A stretch of 64,000 bases of DNA from an uncultured Pseudomonadales bacterium. Its GTDB lineage: Bacteria; Patescibacteriota; Microgenomatia; UBA1400; Chazhemtobacteraceae. A program made the translations under genes and the position numbers. The DNA lies in the NCBI GenBank assembly GCA_964618725.1, contig CAZUBK010000001.1:132908-196907 (forward strand). The letters run 5' to 3'. The notes below the pieces were generated by a model. It saw nothing but the letters and a program-made list of their open reading frames with translations. It was not told the DNA's origin and did no database searches. The first letter of the stretch is position 1; every line of letters begins with the position of its first letter. Shown here piece by piece: positions 1 to 8,154 of this stretch.

Positions 1-125
1 CTAATTTTGCCATAGGGGCAGGAAAAGTAAAGGCTTAACAAGCTTGTGATAGACTGAGTTCATGAATAAAGTGGCCCAAAATACAATCAGAAGAATCAAT
101 CCACCTAAATTCTCTAGAAAAGATT

Positions 126-683
126 TTGACAGAAAAGAATTTCTTAAATTGGCTACTAAAGTTAGCAAAATACTTAGGGATGAAGCGAAGGAAAGAGAAG
201 AAGGATATGGAAGATTTGGAGTTTCTTACTAACGGAAGTATTCTCATTGATACATGTTTTCTGATAGATTCAGGCTTATGGTCAGGTCGTTTTGCCAGCT
301 TCATTGAGATTTTAAATGAGAAAAAGGTGGCGAAATTATCGATATCTTTGGTTAGATCGGAGTTTGTTATGGCCACTTCCAAAACAAGTTATGATCAAAA
401 GCTGAGATACTTTGAAACGCTAATAGATGGACTACTGCCGATAGACTCTTCGGTAGAGTTGTTAACTAATGATTTAATTGCGGAGTATAGTCAAGATATA
501 AAAGGTGTTTCGCCAGTAGATTTATACTTAGGCGGAATGATAAAGCGATACAAATTGCTGTATTTGTTGACAAAAAACCATTCTGATTTTCCCGAAAGGC
601 TTTTTACCCGGAAAGCGCTAATAAACTTTGAACTACCAAAGGCAATCTGGACGTATGCCTTATACCAATATAAAGAAGAGTAA
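126..683 (+). CDS. PIN-domain protein (VapC-like predicted ribonuclease); start uncertain (track start is TTG; in-frame ATGs at 180 and 207)
   Basis: N-terminal 'ILIDTCFLID' (conserved Asp), mid acidic residue, C-terminal 'LLTKNHSDF' resembling the PIN 'T-x-N-x-x-DF' signature. No antitoxin gene is visible upstream within the window. Confidence 0.45.
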   Translation: MTEKNFLNWLLKLAKYLGMKRRKEKKDMEDLEFLTNGSILIDTCFLIDSGLWSGRFASFIEILNEKKVAKLSISLVRSEFVMATSKTSYDQKLRYFETLIDGLLPIDSSVELLTNDLIAEYSQDIKGVSPVDLYLGGMIKRYKLLYLLTKNHSDFPERLFTRKALINFELPKAIWTYALYQYKEE

Positions 684-692
684 TTGGCAGAT

Positions 693-2078
693 CTAATAGT
701 TGTCGGGGAGATCGTTTTCAAGAAGGATCCAGTCGTATGTTTTGGCCAGGTGATTAATGGTTGGCCAGAGTTGCTCAGGCGTTTCTAGGAAAGTGACTTT
801 AGGTGGAGTACTAGACTCCATTAAGCCTTCACAAAAACTATCTGTCCTGGCGGAGTGGCCCTCGAGATATACTTCTTCAAAGATAGGAGAAGCAAGTTGA
901 CCGAGTCGTTGGTGGACTTCTCTTGTTTTAAACCCAAGCTCGACAATGCCCGGGGTGATGAGGACTTTTTTACCAGGGATATAATTCAGGTCAGCGAGAA
1001 GTTGGATCAGACCGGCTTCGTTGCTACTGTAGGCGTTATCGATGAGAATTGCCTTATTTATTGTTTTCAGTTCGAGTCGGTGGGGAGAAGGAGTCAGCTC
1101 TGAGACGGCTTTCTTGATTGTTTCGTAAGGCACTTTTAGAATTAAGGCCATGCCAATGGCGGCAACAAGATTTTGGAGATTACTAAAGCCAAAGAGGGAA
1201 GATGAGAACTGAGAGGATTTGCCTTTATAGATCAGGGTTAATTTCATTCCTTTCGCGGAAAGAGAGTACGTCTTGACAAAGAAGTCAGCTTTGGGATCGT
1301 GGAGAGAATATGTTTTGACCCCCTGATACTTAGGTTTCTTAAGATGGTTTTTAATAAACGGGTTATCGAGATTGGCTAGGGCGTTTTGTGGCTTAACAGC
1401 ATCAAGTAGCTCGAACTTAGCGAGAGTCGTATTTTCAATGGTTTTGAAACGCTCTAGGTGTTGAGTGCCAATTGAGGTGAGGATGGCATAGTCTGGTGGC
1501 ACCTGATAGACGAGCTCTTTTATCTCCCCCCTCACATAGGCTCCCATTTCGCAGAGAAAATAGTGGATGTTCTTGGTTAGCTCGAGCCGGACGACTTTGG
1601 CGATGCCAAAGACGGTGTTATAAGACGCCGGAGTCCTGAGAGTGGACTTATGAGCGTCGAGGATTTCGTAGAGAAAGTCTTTAGTCGAGGTCTTGCCGAA
1701 GGAGCCAGTGATACCAATCGTCGTCAGATGGGGATGGCTTAGGACCGTTTGCCGACAGGCCTGAATAGTTTTTTGGCGGTTGATCATTTCGTAAGGTTTC
1801 ATGAGAAGCAGGGAGATAAAAAGAAGAGGGAAAGGGCAGAGAAGCAAAACGATAAAAACGGGAAGGATTGAGGGATTTGAGCCTGAGAGAAAAAGTAAGA
1901 TAAGGACTTGGAAGTATGAGAGAAAAAGGAGTTGGATGGCTTTAGGAGTCATAACTAGGGGAAGCTTCTGGGAGACTTTGTAAGTAAAGGGGTGGCTTAC
2001 CCACCAAGATAAAAAGCGTTTGGGGGAGTAGCCCTCGAGTTGAAAAATGTGAAGGTGAATCTTAAGGGGGTTAATCAT
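693..2078 (-). CDS. murF: UDP-MurNAc-tripeptide--D-Ala-D-Ala ligase (MurF) with an unusual hydrophobic ~100-aa N-terminal extension
   Basis: Mur-ligase P-loop 'GITGSFGKTSTKD' and Mur ligase central/C-terminal domain layout. The 8-bp overlap with the upstream hydrolase gene supports the long start. The N-terminus contains two hydrophobic stretches (LLFLSYFQVLILLFLSG, ILPVFIVLLLCPFPLLFISLLLM). Confidence 0.7.
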   Translation of the reverse strand: MINPLKIHLHIFQLEGYSPKRFLSWWVSHPFTYKVSQKLPLVMTPKAIQLLFLSYFQVLILLFLSGSNPSILPVFIVLLLCPFPLLFISLLLMKPYEMINRQKTIQACRQTVLSHPHLTTIGITGSFGKTSTKDFLYEILDAHKSTLRTPASYNTVFGIAKVVRLELTKNIHYFLCEMGAYVRGEIKELVYQVPPDYAILTSIGTQHLERFKTIENTTLAKFELLDAVKPQNALANLDNPFIKNHLKKPKYQGVKTYSLHDPKADFFVKTYSLSAKGMKLTLIYKGKSSQFSSSLFGFSNLQNLVAAIGMALILKVPYETIKKAVSELTPSPHRLELKTINKAILIDNAYSSNEAGLIQLLADLNYIPGKKVLITPGIVELGFKTREVHQRLGQLASPIFEEVYLEGHSARTDSFCEGLMESSTPPKVTFLETPEQLWPTINHLAKTYDWILLENDLPDNY

Positions 2079-2826
2079 ATTTGGTGAGAAGACGATTGAT
2101 AGTTTTGGAAAGGAGTTCTCGCTTAAAGAGATGAGGATGGTGATCGGCGCCGTAGAGTATGAAAAGTCGGGAGTCTGGAATCAGATCAGTCATCTCCTTG
2201 CCCCGATTGGGGATGGCGGTATCAAGATCTCCCCAGAGGATATAAGTAGGAGTGTGAATAGCGGAGAGATCGGGAGTGAGGTCGTATTTAATGATTTGCT
2301 TGAGAATCTCTTTGTGTTTACCGAGAGCGACAGCATAGTCACTACTGGTAAAGAAGTAACGAAGTTTACTTTGGAGAAATGAGGGGAGCAATGACTTAAT
2401 TGGTTTTAAGAAGCGGTAGATACGGCGTTTGACTAGCTGTTTCTTGGTGAGGCGGCGGATACCGGCGGGAGAGACGAGAATGAGTTTGGAGAGAGCTTGT
2501 GGATATTTGATAGCGAAGTCGAGGGCAATTTGACCACCAAAGGAATGGCCGAGGAGAATGGGGCGACTTAGTTTTAACTTTTTGATGAAATGGACAAGAA
2601 AAATGGTGTAATCGGGGACACTGGGATGCTCCATTAGCAGGTGTTGGCTATTACCAAAGCCGGGGAGGTCGAGTAAAAGGTATTGATATTGGGGCGAGAG
2701 TAGCTTGGCTACTTCTAACCAATGATTAGCGTTCTGCCCCCAACCATGAAGGATGATAAAGAGAGTCTTGGCTTTGGGATTGACTACTTGGTAGTTGGCA
2801 ATAGTGCCGCTTATAACCAGTTGCAT
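2071..2826 (-). CDS. alpha/beta-fold hydrolase
   Basis: 'FIILHGWGQNANHW' and nucleophile elbow 'GHSFGG'. Co-oriented between alr and murF. Confidence 0.6.
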   Translation of the reverse strand: MQLVISGTIANYQVVNPKAKTLFIILHGWGQNANHWLEVAKLLSPQYQYLLLDLPGFGNSQHLLMEHPSVPDYTIFLVHFIKKLKLSRPILLGHSFGGQIALDFAIKYPQALSKLILVSPAGIRRLTKKQLVKRRIYRFLKPIKSLLPSFLQSKLRYFFTSSDYAVALGKHKEILKQIIKYDLTPDLSAIHTPTYILWGDLDTAIPNRGKEMTDLIPDSRLFILYGADHHPHLFKRELLSKTINRLLTKYD

Positions 2827-2829
2827 AAA

Positions 2830-3933
2830 TTAGATGTAAATTCGCTCTACTCTATCTTGAAGGGAAGTGACCAATTCATAATTACTTGTATCTACCTTAT
2901 CTGCCAAGACTTCAGCACTACAAGGATGATTTGAGAAATCGCTGATAAGAAGAACTTCCTGATGAAGTTCTGGTATGGGATTGATCTTAGTAATATCAAC
3001 AGTTATTTGGTCCATTGAGACACGACCGATTACCGGAGCCAATTGATCGTTGATGCTGACATATGGCCAGTTTTGAGGAGCGCGGCGGATTCCGTCGCCA
3101 TAACCAGCGGCAATGGTGGCGACTAAAAGAGGTGTTTTGGCTCTGTAGGTTCTTCCATAGCCTACCGTTTCACCGGTCTTGAGTTCTTGAATACGAGTAA
3201 TTGAGGTGTGAAGACTCAAGGTTGGTTTAAGCTCTATTGGGTTAACGTGAGGATGAAAAGGGTTAAGTCCATGTAATCCCAACCCTATACGGACTAGATT
3301 AAAATGGGATTCAGGGAGATTGATTGTGGCGGAGGAGTTGGCCGCGTGAATTACTGGAGGTAGCAGACCAGCTGTCTTAATCTTATTTAGAGTGGAGTTA
3401 AAGACTTTGAGTTGAAACTGGCTGAACTGAAGATTGGTGTTATCGGCATCGGCAAAATGAGTGAAAATACCGTCAGTGAAGATAGTTGGTTGTTTAAGTA
3501 TCTTGAGTATTGGAATCGCCTCATAAGGAAGACAACCGGTACGATGCATGCCAGTGTCGATCTTAATATGAACTTTGGCGATGGAGTTACTTTTTTTGCT
3601 GATACCAACTATAGTTTGAGCGTCATTTGGATTGGTAATAGTCAATGTTAAATCTTTTTCAATACTTGGGCGAAAGTCTTTGGGATCAATTGGACTGAGA
3701 ATGAGAATTTTGGCCTGAGCTGATAAGGCGCGTAATTTAAGTGCTTCGTTTAGTCTAGCGACACCAAAATATTGAATGTTTTGTTTAAGTAGATGTCTGA
3801 AAATGGCTTCATCACCGTGACCATAAGCATTTGCTTTTAGAATGGCCATGATTTCAGTTTGAGATGATAGAAGTGAGCGAAAAGTGTTTAAATTACGGCT
3901 TAGATGGCCCAAGTTTATTGTGGCTTTAACCAT
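2830..3933 (-). CDS. alr: alanine racemase
   Basis: PLP-binding motif 'AILKANAYGHGDE'; overall Alr N-terminal barrel + C-terminal domain length. Confidence 0.8.
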   Translation of the reverse strand: MVKATINLGHLSRNLNTFRSLLSSQTEIMAILKANAYGHGDEAIFRHLLKQNIQYFGVARLNEALKLRALSAQAKILILSPIDPKDFRPSIEKDLTLTITNPNDAQTIVGISKKSNSIAKVHIKIDTGMHRTGCLPYEAIPILKILKQPTIFTDGIFTHFADADNTNLQFSQFQLKVFNSTLNKIKTAGLLPPVIHAANSSATINLPESHFNLVRIGLGLHGLNPFHPHVNPIELKPTLSLHTSITRIQELKTGETVGYGRTYRAKTPLLVATIAAGYGDGIRRAPQNWPYVSINDQLAPVIGRVSMDQITVDITKINPIPELHQEVLLISDFSNHPCSAEVLADKVDTSNYELVTSLQDRVERIYI

Positions 3934-3969
3934 GTACGAATTATACAGGATTAGGTATAATTTTGAGGC

Positions 3970-5430
3970 ATGAGATTAGAAAAAGTCTTGAAAGGTATCG
4001 CAGATTTTTCCCAGGATATCGAGATTACAAACATAGTAACAGACTCCCGAAAAGTAACAATCGGATCGCTTTTTATCGCCTACGAGGGTGTGGCTGTTGA
4101 CGGTCATGACTATATCAATGGAGCAATTAAGAAAGGAGCAACTGCGGTTGTCGGGGAAAGAGAAATTAAAGGACTAACGGTCCCCTATTTCCAGGTAAAA
4201 AATGGTAGGCTGGCTTGGGCAAAGACAATATCCAATTGGTACGGCAATCCAGAAAAGAAGCTCAAGATAGTTGGGATCACAGGAACTGACGGCAAGACGA
4301 CAACAACCAATCTTATCTACCACATACTCAAGGCAGCAGGAAAGAAAGTATCAATGACTTCGACAATTAATGCAGTCGTTGGTGAGGAAAGTTTTGATGT
4401 CGGACTACATACCAGCTCGCCTGATCCGGACAAATTGTGGGAACTTTTGGACAAGATGGTAAAGAGTGGAAGTGAATATGCAGTACTTGAGGCAACTTCA
4501 CACGGATTAGAACAAAACAGGTTTGGAGATATCGAATTTGAAGTGGGGGTGCTGACAAATTTGGCTCATGACCACCTAGAGTTTCACAAAACGATTGAGA
4601 GATATGCAGAAGCCAAGGCAAAACTATTTGAGAAAAGTAAGGTATCTATTTTAAATAAACATGCAGAACATTTGGATGTATTCAGAAACGCTGCTGTTAA
4701 GGACGTTACATATGACGCTGAAAAAGAAGTAAGCGATGTTAGGTATGAGTTAGAGGCAGAGGAATTAATACAGAAATTCAGTGTGGAGTTAGATGATAAA
4801 TGGTTGGAAATCAAAACTAGTTTACTAGGGACTTACAATATTGAAAACATATTGGCGGCGATTAAAGTAGCAAAAACTCTGGGGATAGAAAATGAAAAAA
4901 TAGTTAAAGGGATAGAGAGTCTTCCTGCCTTGAAAGGTAGGTTTGAGATTGTCCCAAACAAACGAGGATTGACGACGATAGTAGATTTTGCGCATACGGA
5001 ACAAGGAATGAGAAATGTCTTGACTTTAGTTAAAGAAAAACTTGTTAAAAAGGGGAATCGGATCATTACTGTTTTTGGATGTAATGGCGAAAGAGATAGA
5101 AGTAAGCGTGCCCCGATGGGAGAGACGGCCTGTGAGTTGTCTGATTTGGTGATCGTGACTACTGAGGATCCAAGAACAGAGGATGTTGATCAAATCTTTG
5201 AGGATATCCAGGTGGGATGCGAGAAAGCTGGTGCAAAATTGGATGAAAGCTATTTCAGAATAGACGACAGAAAAGAGGCGATAGGTTTTGCTGTAAACAA
5301 ACTGGCTAAGAAGGGGGACTTTGTCATGTGTCTTGGCAAAGGCCATGAGAAGAGTATGAATATTGGAGGAGTAGAGACGCCTTGGGATGAAAGGGCCGTG
5401 GTAGAAGAAATACTTAACAGAAAGTTATGA
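3970..5430 (+). CDS. murE: UDP-MurNAc-L-Ala-D-Glu--diamino acid ligase (MurE)
   Basis: 'VGITGTDGKTTTTN' P-loop and 'HTSSPDPD...EATSHGL' MurE signature block. The specificity motif reads 'EDPR' where DAP-adding enzymes have DNPR. Confidence 0.8.
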   Translation: MRLEKVLKGIADFSQDIEITNIVTDSRKVTIGSLFIAYEGVAVDGHDYINGAIKKGATAVVGEREIKGLTVPYFQVKNGRLAWAKTISNWYGNPEKKLKIVGITGTDGKTTTTNLIYHILKAAGKKVSMTSTINAVVGEESFDVGLHTSSPDPDKLWELLDKMVKSGSEYAVLEATSHGLEQNRFGDIEFEVGVLTNLAHDHLEFHKTIERYAEAKAKLFEKSKVSILNKHAEHLDVFRNAAVKDVTYDAEKEVSDVRYELEAEELIQKFSVELDDKWLEIKTSLLGTYNIENILAAIKVAKTLGIENEKIVKGIESLPALKGRFEIVPNKRGLTTIVDFAHTEQGMRNVLTLVKEKLVKKGNRIITVFGCNGERDRSKRAPMGETACELSDLVIVTTEDPRTEDVDQIFEDIQVGCEKAGAKLDESYFRIDDRKEAIGFAVNKLAKKGDFVMCLGKGHEKSMNIGGVETPWDERAVVEEILNRKL

Positions 5431-6173
5431 TAGGGATATTCGATTCAGGGTCAGGAGGATTGAGTGTTTTGAGAGAAATTCGCAAGCGGATGCCACAGAT
5501 CGATGTGGTATATCTAGGAGATATAAAAAACGCTCCATATGGATCAAAAACTAGGGAAGAACTGGGTGCATTAACAGTGATGTCAGTTAATCGGCTGATG
5601 AAAGAAGGTGCAGAGAAAATAGTGAGTGCTTGTAACAGTGTATCTGCATCAATTGTGTTGCCAATGATCGATTTGTTGGGAATTGCTCCCAAGGATCTGA
5701 TCGAGATGGTTGGCCCAACGGTAAGGTCGTTACGTGACGTGAATGGTCAAATTGCTATTGCTGCGACGCCGGCGACAATCGAGTCAGGACTCTATCAAAA
5801 TGGCTTTAGGTTGTTTAACAAAGAAACTGTAACCATACCGATAAGAGAGTTGGCTCCAGCTATTGAATTTGGGGCCAAAGAGGAAGACCTCAAAAGAATC
5901 ATAGTCGACGCTCTTAAAGATACCAATTTTGACACTCTGGTTTTGGCATGTACACATTATCCGTTAGTATTAGATGTCTTCGAAGAGACCTTAAGAGGAA
6001 GTAATACTAGAATCGTTGATCCGGCGATTGCAGTGGCAGAGGAGGTCAAGAAGAGAATGAATGAGACGGGAGAAGGCAAGACCAGATTTCTAATTACTGA
6101 AGACTCAGATTACTTCAGACAAAAAGTGAAAGATATGTTTGGGGAGAGGGATATAATCATAGAAGTAATTTAG
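5427..6173 (+). CDS. murI: glutamate racemase
   Basis: 'IGIFDSGSGGLSV', 'VYLGDIKNAPYG', and catalytic Cys motifs 'ACNSVSA' / 'LACTHYPL'. 4-bp overlap with murE. Confidence 0.85.
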   Translation: MIGIFDSGSGGLSVLREIRKRMPQIDVVYLGDIKNAPYGSKTREELGALTVMSVNRLMKEGAEKIVSACNSVSASIVLPMIDLLGIAPKDLIEMVGPTVRSLRDVNGQIAIAATPATIESGLYQNGFRLFNKETVTIPIRELAPAIEFGAKEEDLKRIIVDALKDTNFDTLVLACTHYPLVLDVFEETLRGSNTRIVDPAIAVAEEVKKRMNETGEGKTRFLITEDSDYFRQKVKDMFGERDIIIEVI

Positions 6174-6181
6174 CAAAGCTT

Positions 6182-7537
6182 ATGCCAGTAAACTGGAGAG
6201 AGTTTTTCAAAAATAAGGAGATCACGATGATGGGACTAGGGTTATTGGGGCGTGGAATTGGAGTCGCTAAATTTTTAGCGGAAAATGGAGCGAGGTTGAC
6301 GATTACGGATCTAAAGACAGAGGACCGGTTGGCAAGCTCGCTAAAACAACTAGAGAAATATAAAAACCAGATCACTTATGTATTGGGTCAACACCGACTA
6401 GAGGACTTTGAGAATAAAGATTTGATAATCAAAACAGCGGGGGTGCCGGTAGATTCCCCTTTTATTGCGCATGCTAAGAGCCGAGGCGTTCCGATCGAGA
6501 TGGATGCGTCCCTTTTTGCCCGCTTGGTGCCAGAGGGAGTAGTGATTATTGGAATTACAGGAACAAGGGGGAAATCGACAACCACTCATTTAATCGCTGA
6601 GATATTAAAAAGTGCCGGAAAACGAGTGTTCTTGGGAGGAAACGTTAGAGGGGTGGCGACGTTGCCGCTGCTTAATGAAGTACGGAGCGGAGACTTCGTT
6701 GTTCTAGAGCTTGACTCGTGGCAATTGCAAGGATTTGGAGAAGCCGGGATAAGTCCACAGTTCTCGGTGTTTACGAATCTAATGCCGGATCACATGAACT
6801 ATTACAAGAGTGATTTAGAGGCATATTTCAAGGATAAAGCAAATATTTTTCTGTTTCAAAAGAAGGGTGATGTATTAGTGGTGGGGAAAGAGATTGCGAA
6901 AAAAATTAAGAAGGAATATGGAGAAATCCTTGAGAGTAATTTGCAGGCAGTTGATGAAAATGACTTGCCTACTAGTTGGAATCTAAAGATACCGGGGGTT
7001 CACAATAGATTTAATGCGGCGCTAGCGAGGCAAGTCGGTTTGAGTCTTGATGTAAAAGAGAAAAGGATAAAGCAAGCGATTGAGGGATTTGAAGCAGTTG
7101 AAGGGAGGCTGCAGTACCTCGGAACCATTAAGGGAGCGAAGGTGTTCAACGACAACAATGCGACGACTCCGGAAGCCACAGTGGCAGGGATTGATGCCGT
7201 GGCAGACGGGAAAAATATAATCCTAATTATTGGTGGAGCGGATAAAGCACTGGATACTAATGAGTTACTAGAGAAAATAAGACAACATTGTGTCGGAGTA
7301 ATGCTGTTAAGCGGTAGTGGAACAGCGAAAATAAAGGGGGCGGTTTCCAAAAGCAAGGGGATAACTTTTGAAAGTGAGAGACTGGAAGACTTGGTAGTGA
7401 AGGCGGTAGAGATAGCAAAGCCGGGACTAACAATTCTTTTCAGTCCAGCGTTTGCTTCATTTAGTAAATATTTTGAGAACGAGTATGAAAGAAATGACTG
7501 CTTTGTGAAGAAGATGACTGAGCTTATGAAAACTTGA
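6182..7537 (+). CDS. murD: UDP-MurNAc-L-Ala--D-Glu ligase (MurD)
   Basis: N-terminal Rossmann 'MMGLGLLGRGIGVAKFL' and P-loop 'GITGTRGKSTTTHL'. Confidence 0.8.
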   Translation: MPVNWREFFKNKEITMMGLGLLGRGIGVAKFLAENGARLTITDLKTEDRLASSLKQLEKYKNQITYVLGQHRLEDFENKDLIIKTAGVPVDSPFIAHAKSRGVPIEMDASLFARLVPEGVVIIGITGTRGKSTTTHLIAEILKSAGKRVFLGGNVRGVATLPLLNEVRSGDFVVLELDSWQLQGFGEAGISPQFSVFTNLMPDHMNYYKSDLEAYFKDKANIFLFQKKGDVLVVGKEIAKKIKKEYGEILESNLQAVDENDLPTSWNLKIPGVHNRFNAALARQVGLSLDVKEKRIKQAIEGFEAVEGRLQYLGTIKGAKVFNDNNATTPEATVAGIDAVADGKNIILIIGGADKALDTNELLEKIRQHCVGVMLLSGSGTAKIKGAVSKSKGITFESERLEDLVVKAVEIAKPGLTILFSPAFASFSKYFENEYERNDCFVKKMTELMKT

Positions 7538-7593
7538 CTATCCTGTAGTTTTTGATAAAATGGAGTAATCACACACAGTAAAGGAGATTTGAT

Positions 7594-7842
7594 ATGTCAG
7601 ATGAAATTCAGACACTGGACAGCGCTCCCGATGCACATACACTTATCGACCTGGCACTTGCACTCATCCAGAATAGTTCACCAATGAAACAGACCGATTA
7701 TCTGGACAATGAGGAGTTCGTCTTAATTGTGAAATCGGGTTTGGATGGCCTGGATGATTGCAAAGTGGAACACCAACAAGAATTGATTGCGGCATTTGCT
7801 GTAGAGAACCAGCCAAGAGCAAGAATGTTTTTCGGTAAATAG
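7594..7842 (+). CDS. small acidic hypothetical protein (82 aa)
   Basis: Strong SD 'aaaggaga' 7 nt upstream of ATG; followed by a perfect 12-bp hairpin. No recognisable family. Confidence 0.4.
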   Translation: MSDEIQTLDSAPDAHTLIDLALALIQNSSPMKQTDYLDNEEFVLIVKSGLDGLDDCKVEHQQELIAAFAVENQPRARMFFGK

Positions 7843-7845
7843 TAG

Positions 7846-7875
7846 AAGAACCACCCGTTAATCCGGGTGGTTCTT
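7846..7875. terminator. perfect 12-bp stem / 6-nt loop hairpin between convergent small genes (candidate bidirectional terminator, no U-tract)
   Basis: aagaaccacccg-ttaatc-cgggtggttctt, read directly. Confidence 0.45.
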
Positions 7876-7884
7876 AAGTAAATT

Positions 7885-8094
7885 TCACTTTATCCGCTCA
7901 CTTTCTGTCAAAGTCAGTTGCTTGGAAGAAGGTTGAGATTTATGTGATCGATTGGAGAGAAAGTGGGTGTGACAAAGATGTTCCTCGACCCAGGAATCGG
8001 GATGTGAGAGACGAGGATCGTTGGCTAAGCCTGTCTTGAGACAATCGGGGCAGACGAGGTGTTTGATCTTGCCATTAATCGGTGCTGTTTGCAT
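7885..8094 (-). CDS. small Cys/His-containing hypothetical protein (69 aa), possible zinc-ribbon
   Basis: 'CPDC....(18 aa)....CHTH' spacing and a good SD (aaaggagaag) upstream. Confidence 0.35.
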   Translation of the reverse strand: MQTAPINGKIKHLVCPDCLKTGLANDPRLSHPDSWVEEHLCHTHFLSNRSHKSQPSSKQLTLTESERIK

Positions 8095-8154
8095 ATCTTC
8101 TCCTTTGAAAAGAACTATAGGTGATTATATTTTAATCTGCTTATTTTTGCTAGA

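Noticed and set aside
35-382. 115-aa minus-strand ORF overlapping the start of the PIN-domain gene
   Set aside because: No recognisable motifs, low-complexity K/S/F-rich translation, and fully antisense to an ORF that carries a coherent PIN signature; treated as a shadow ORF.
3934-3969. Divergent promoter in the 36-bp alr/murE gap (TATAAT at 3953-3958)
   Set aside because: A -10-like hexamer is present, but no convincing -35 or extended -10 could be aligned, and the leader would be only about 5 nt. Too weak to list as a feature.
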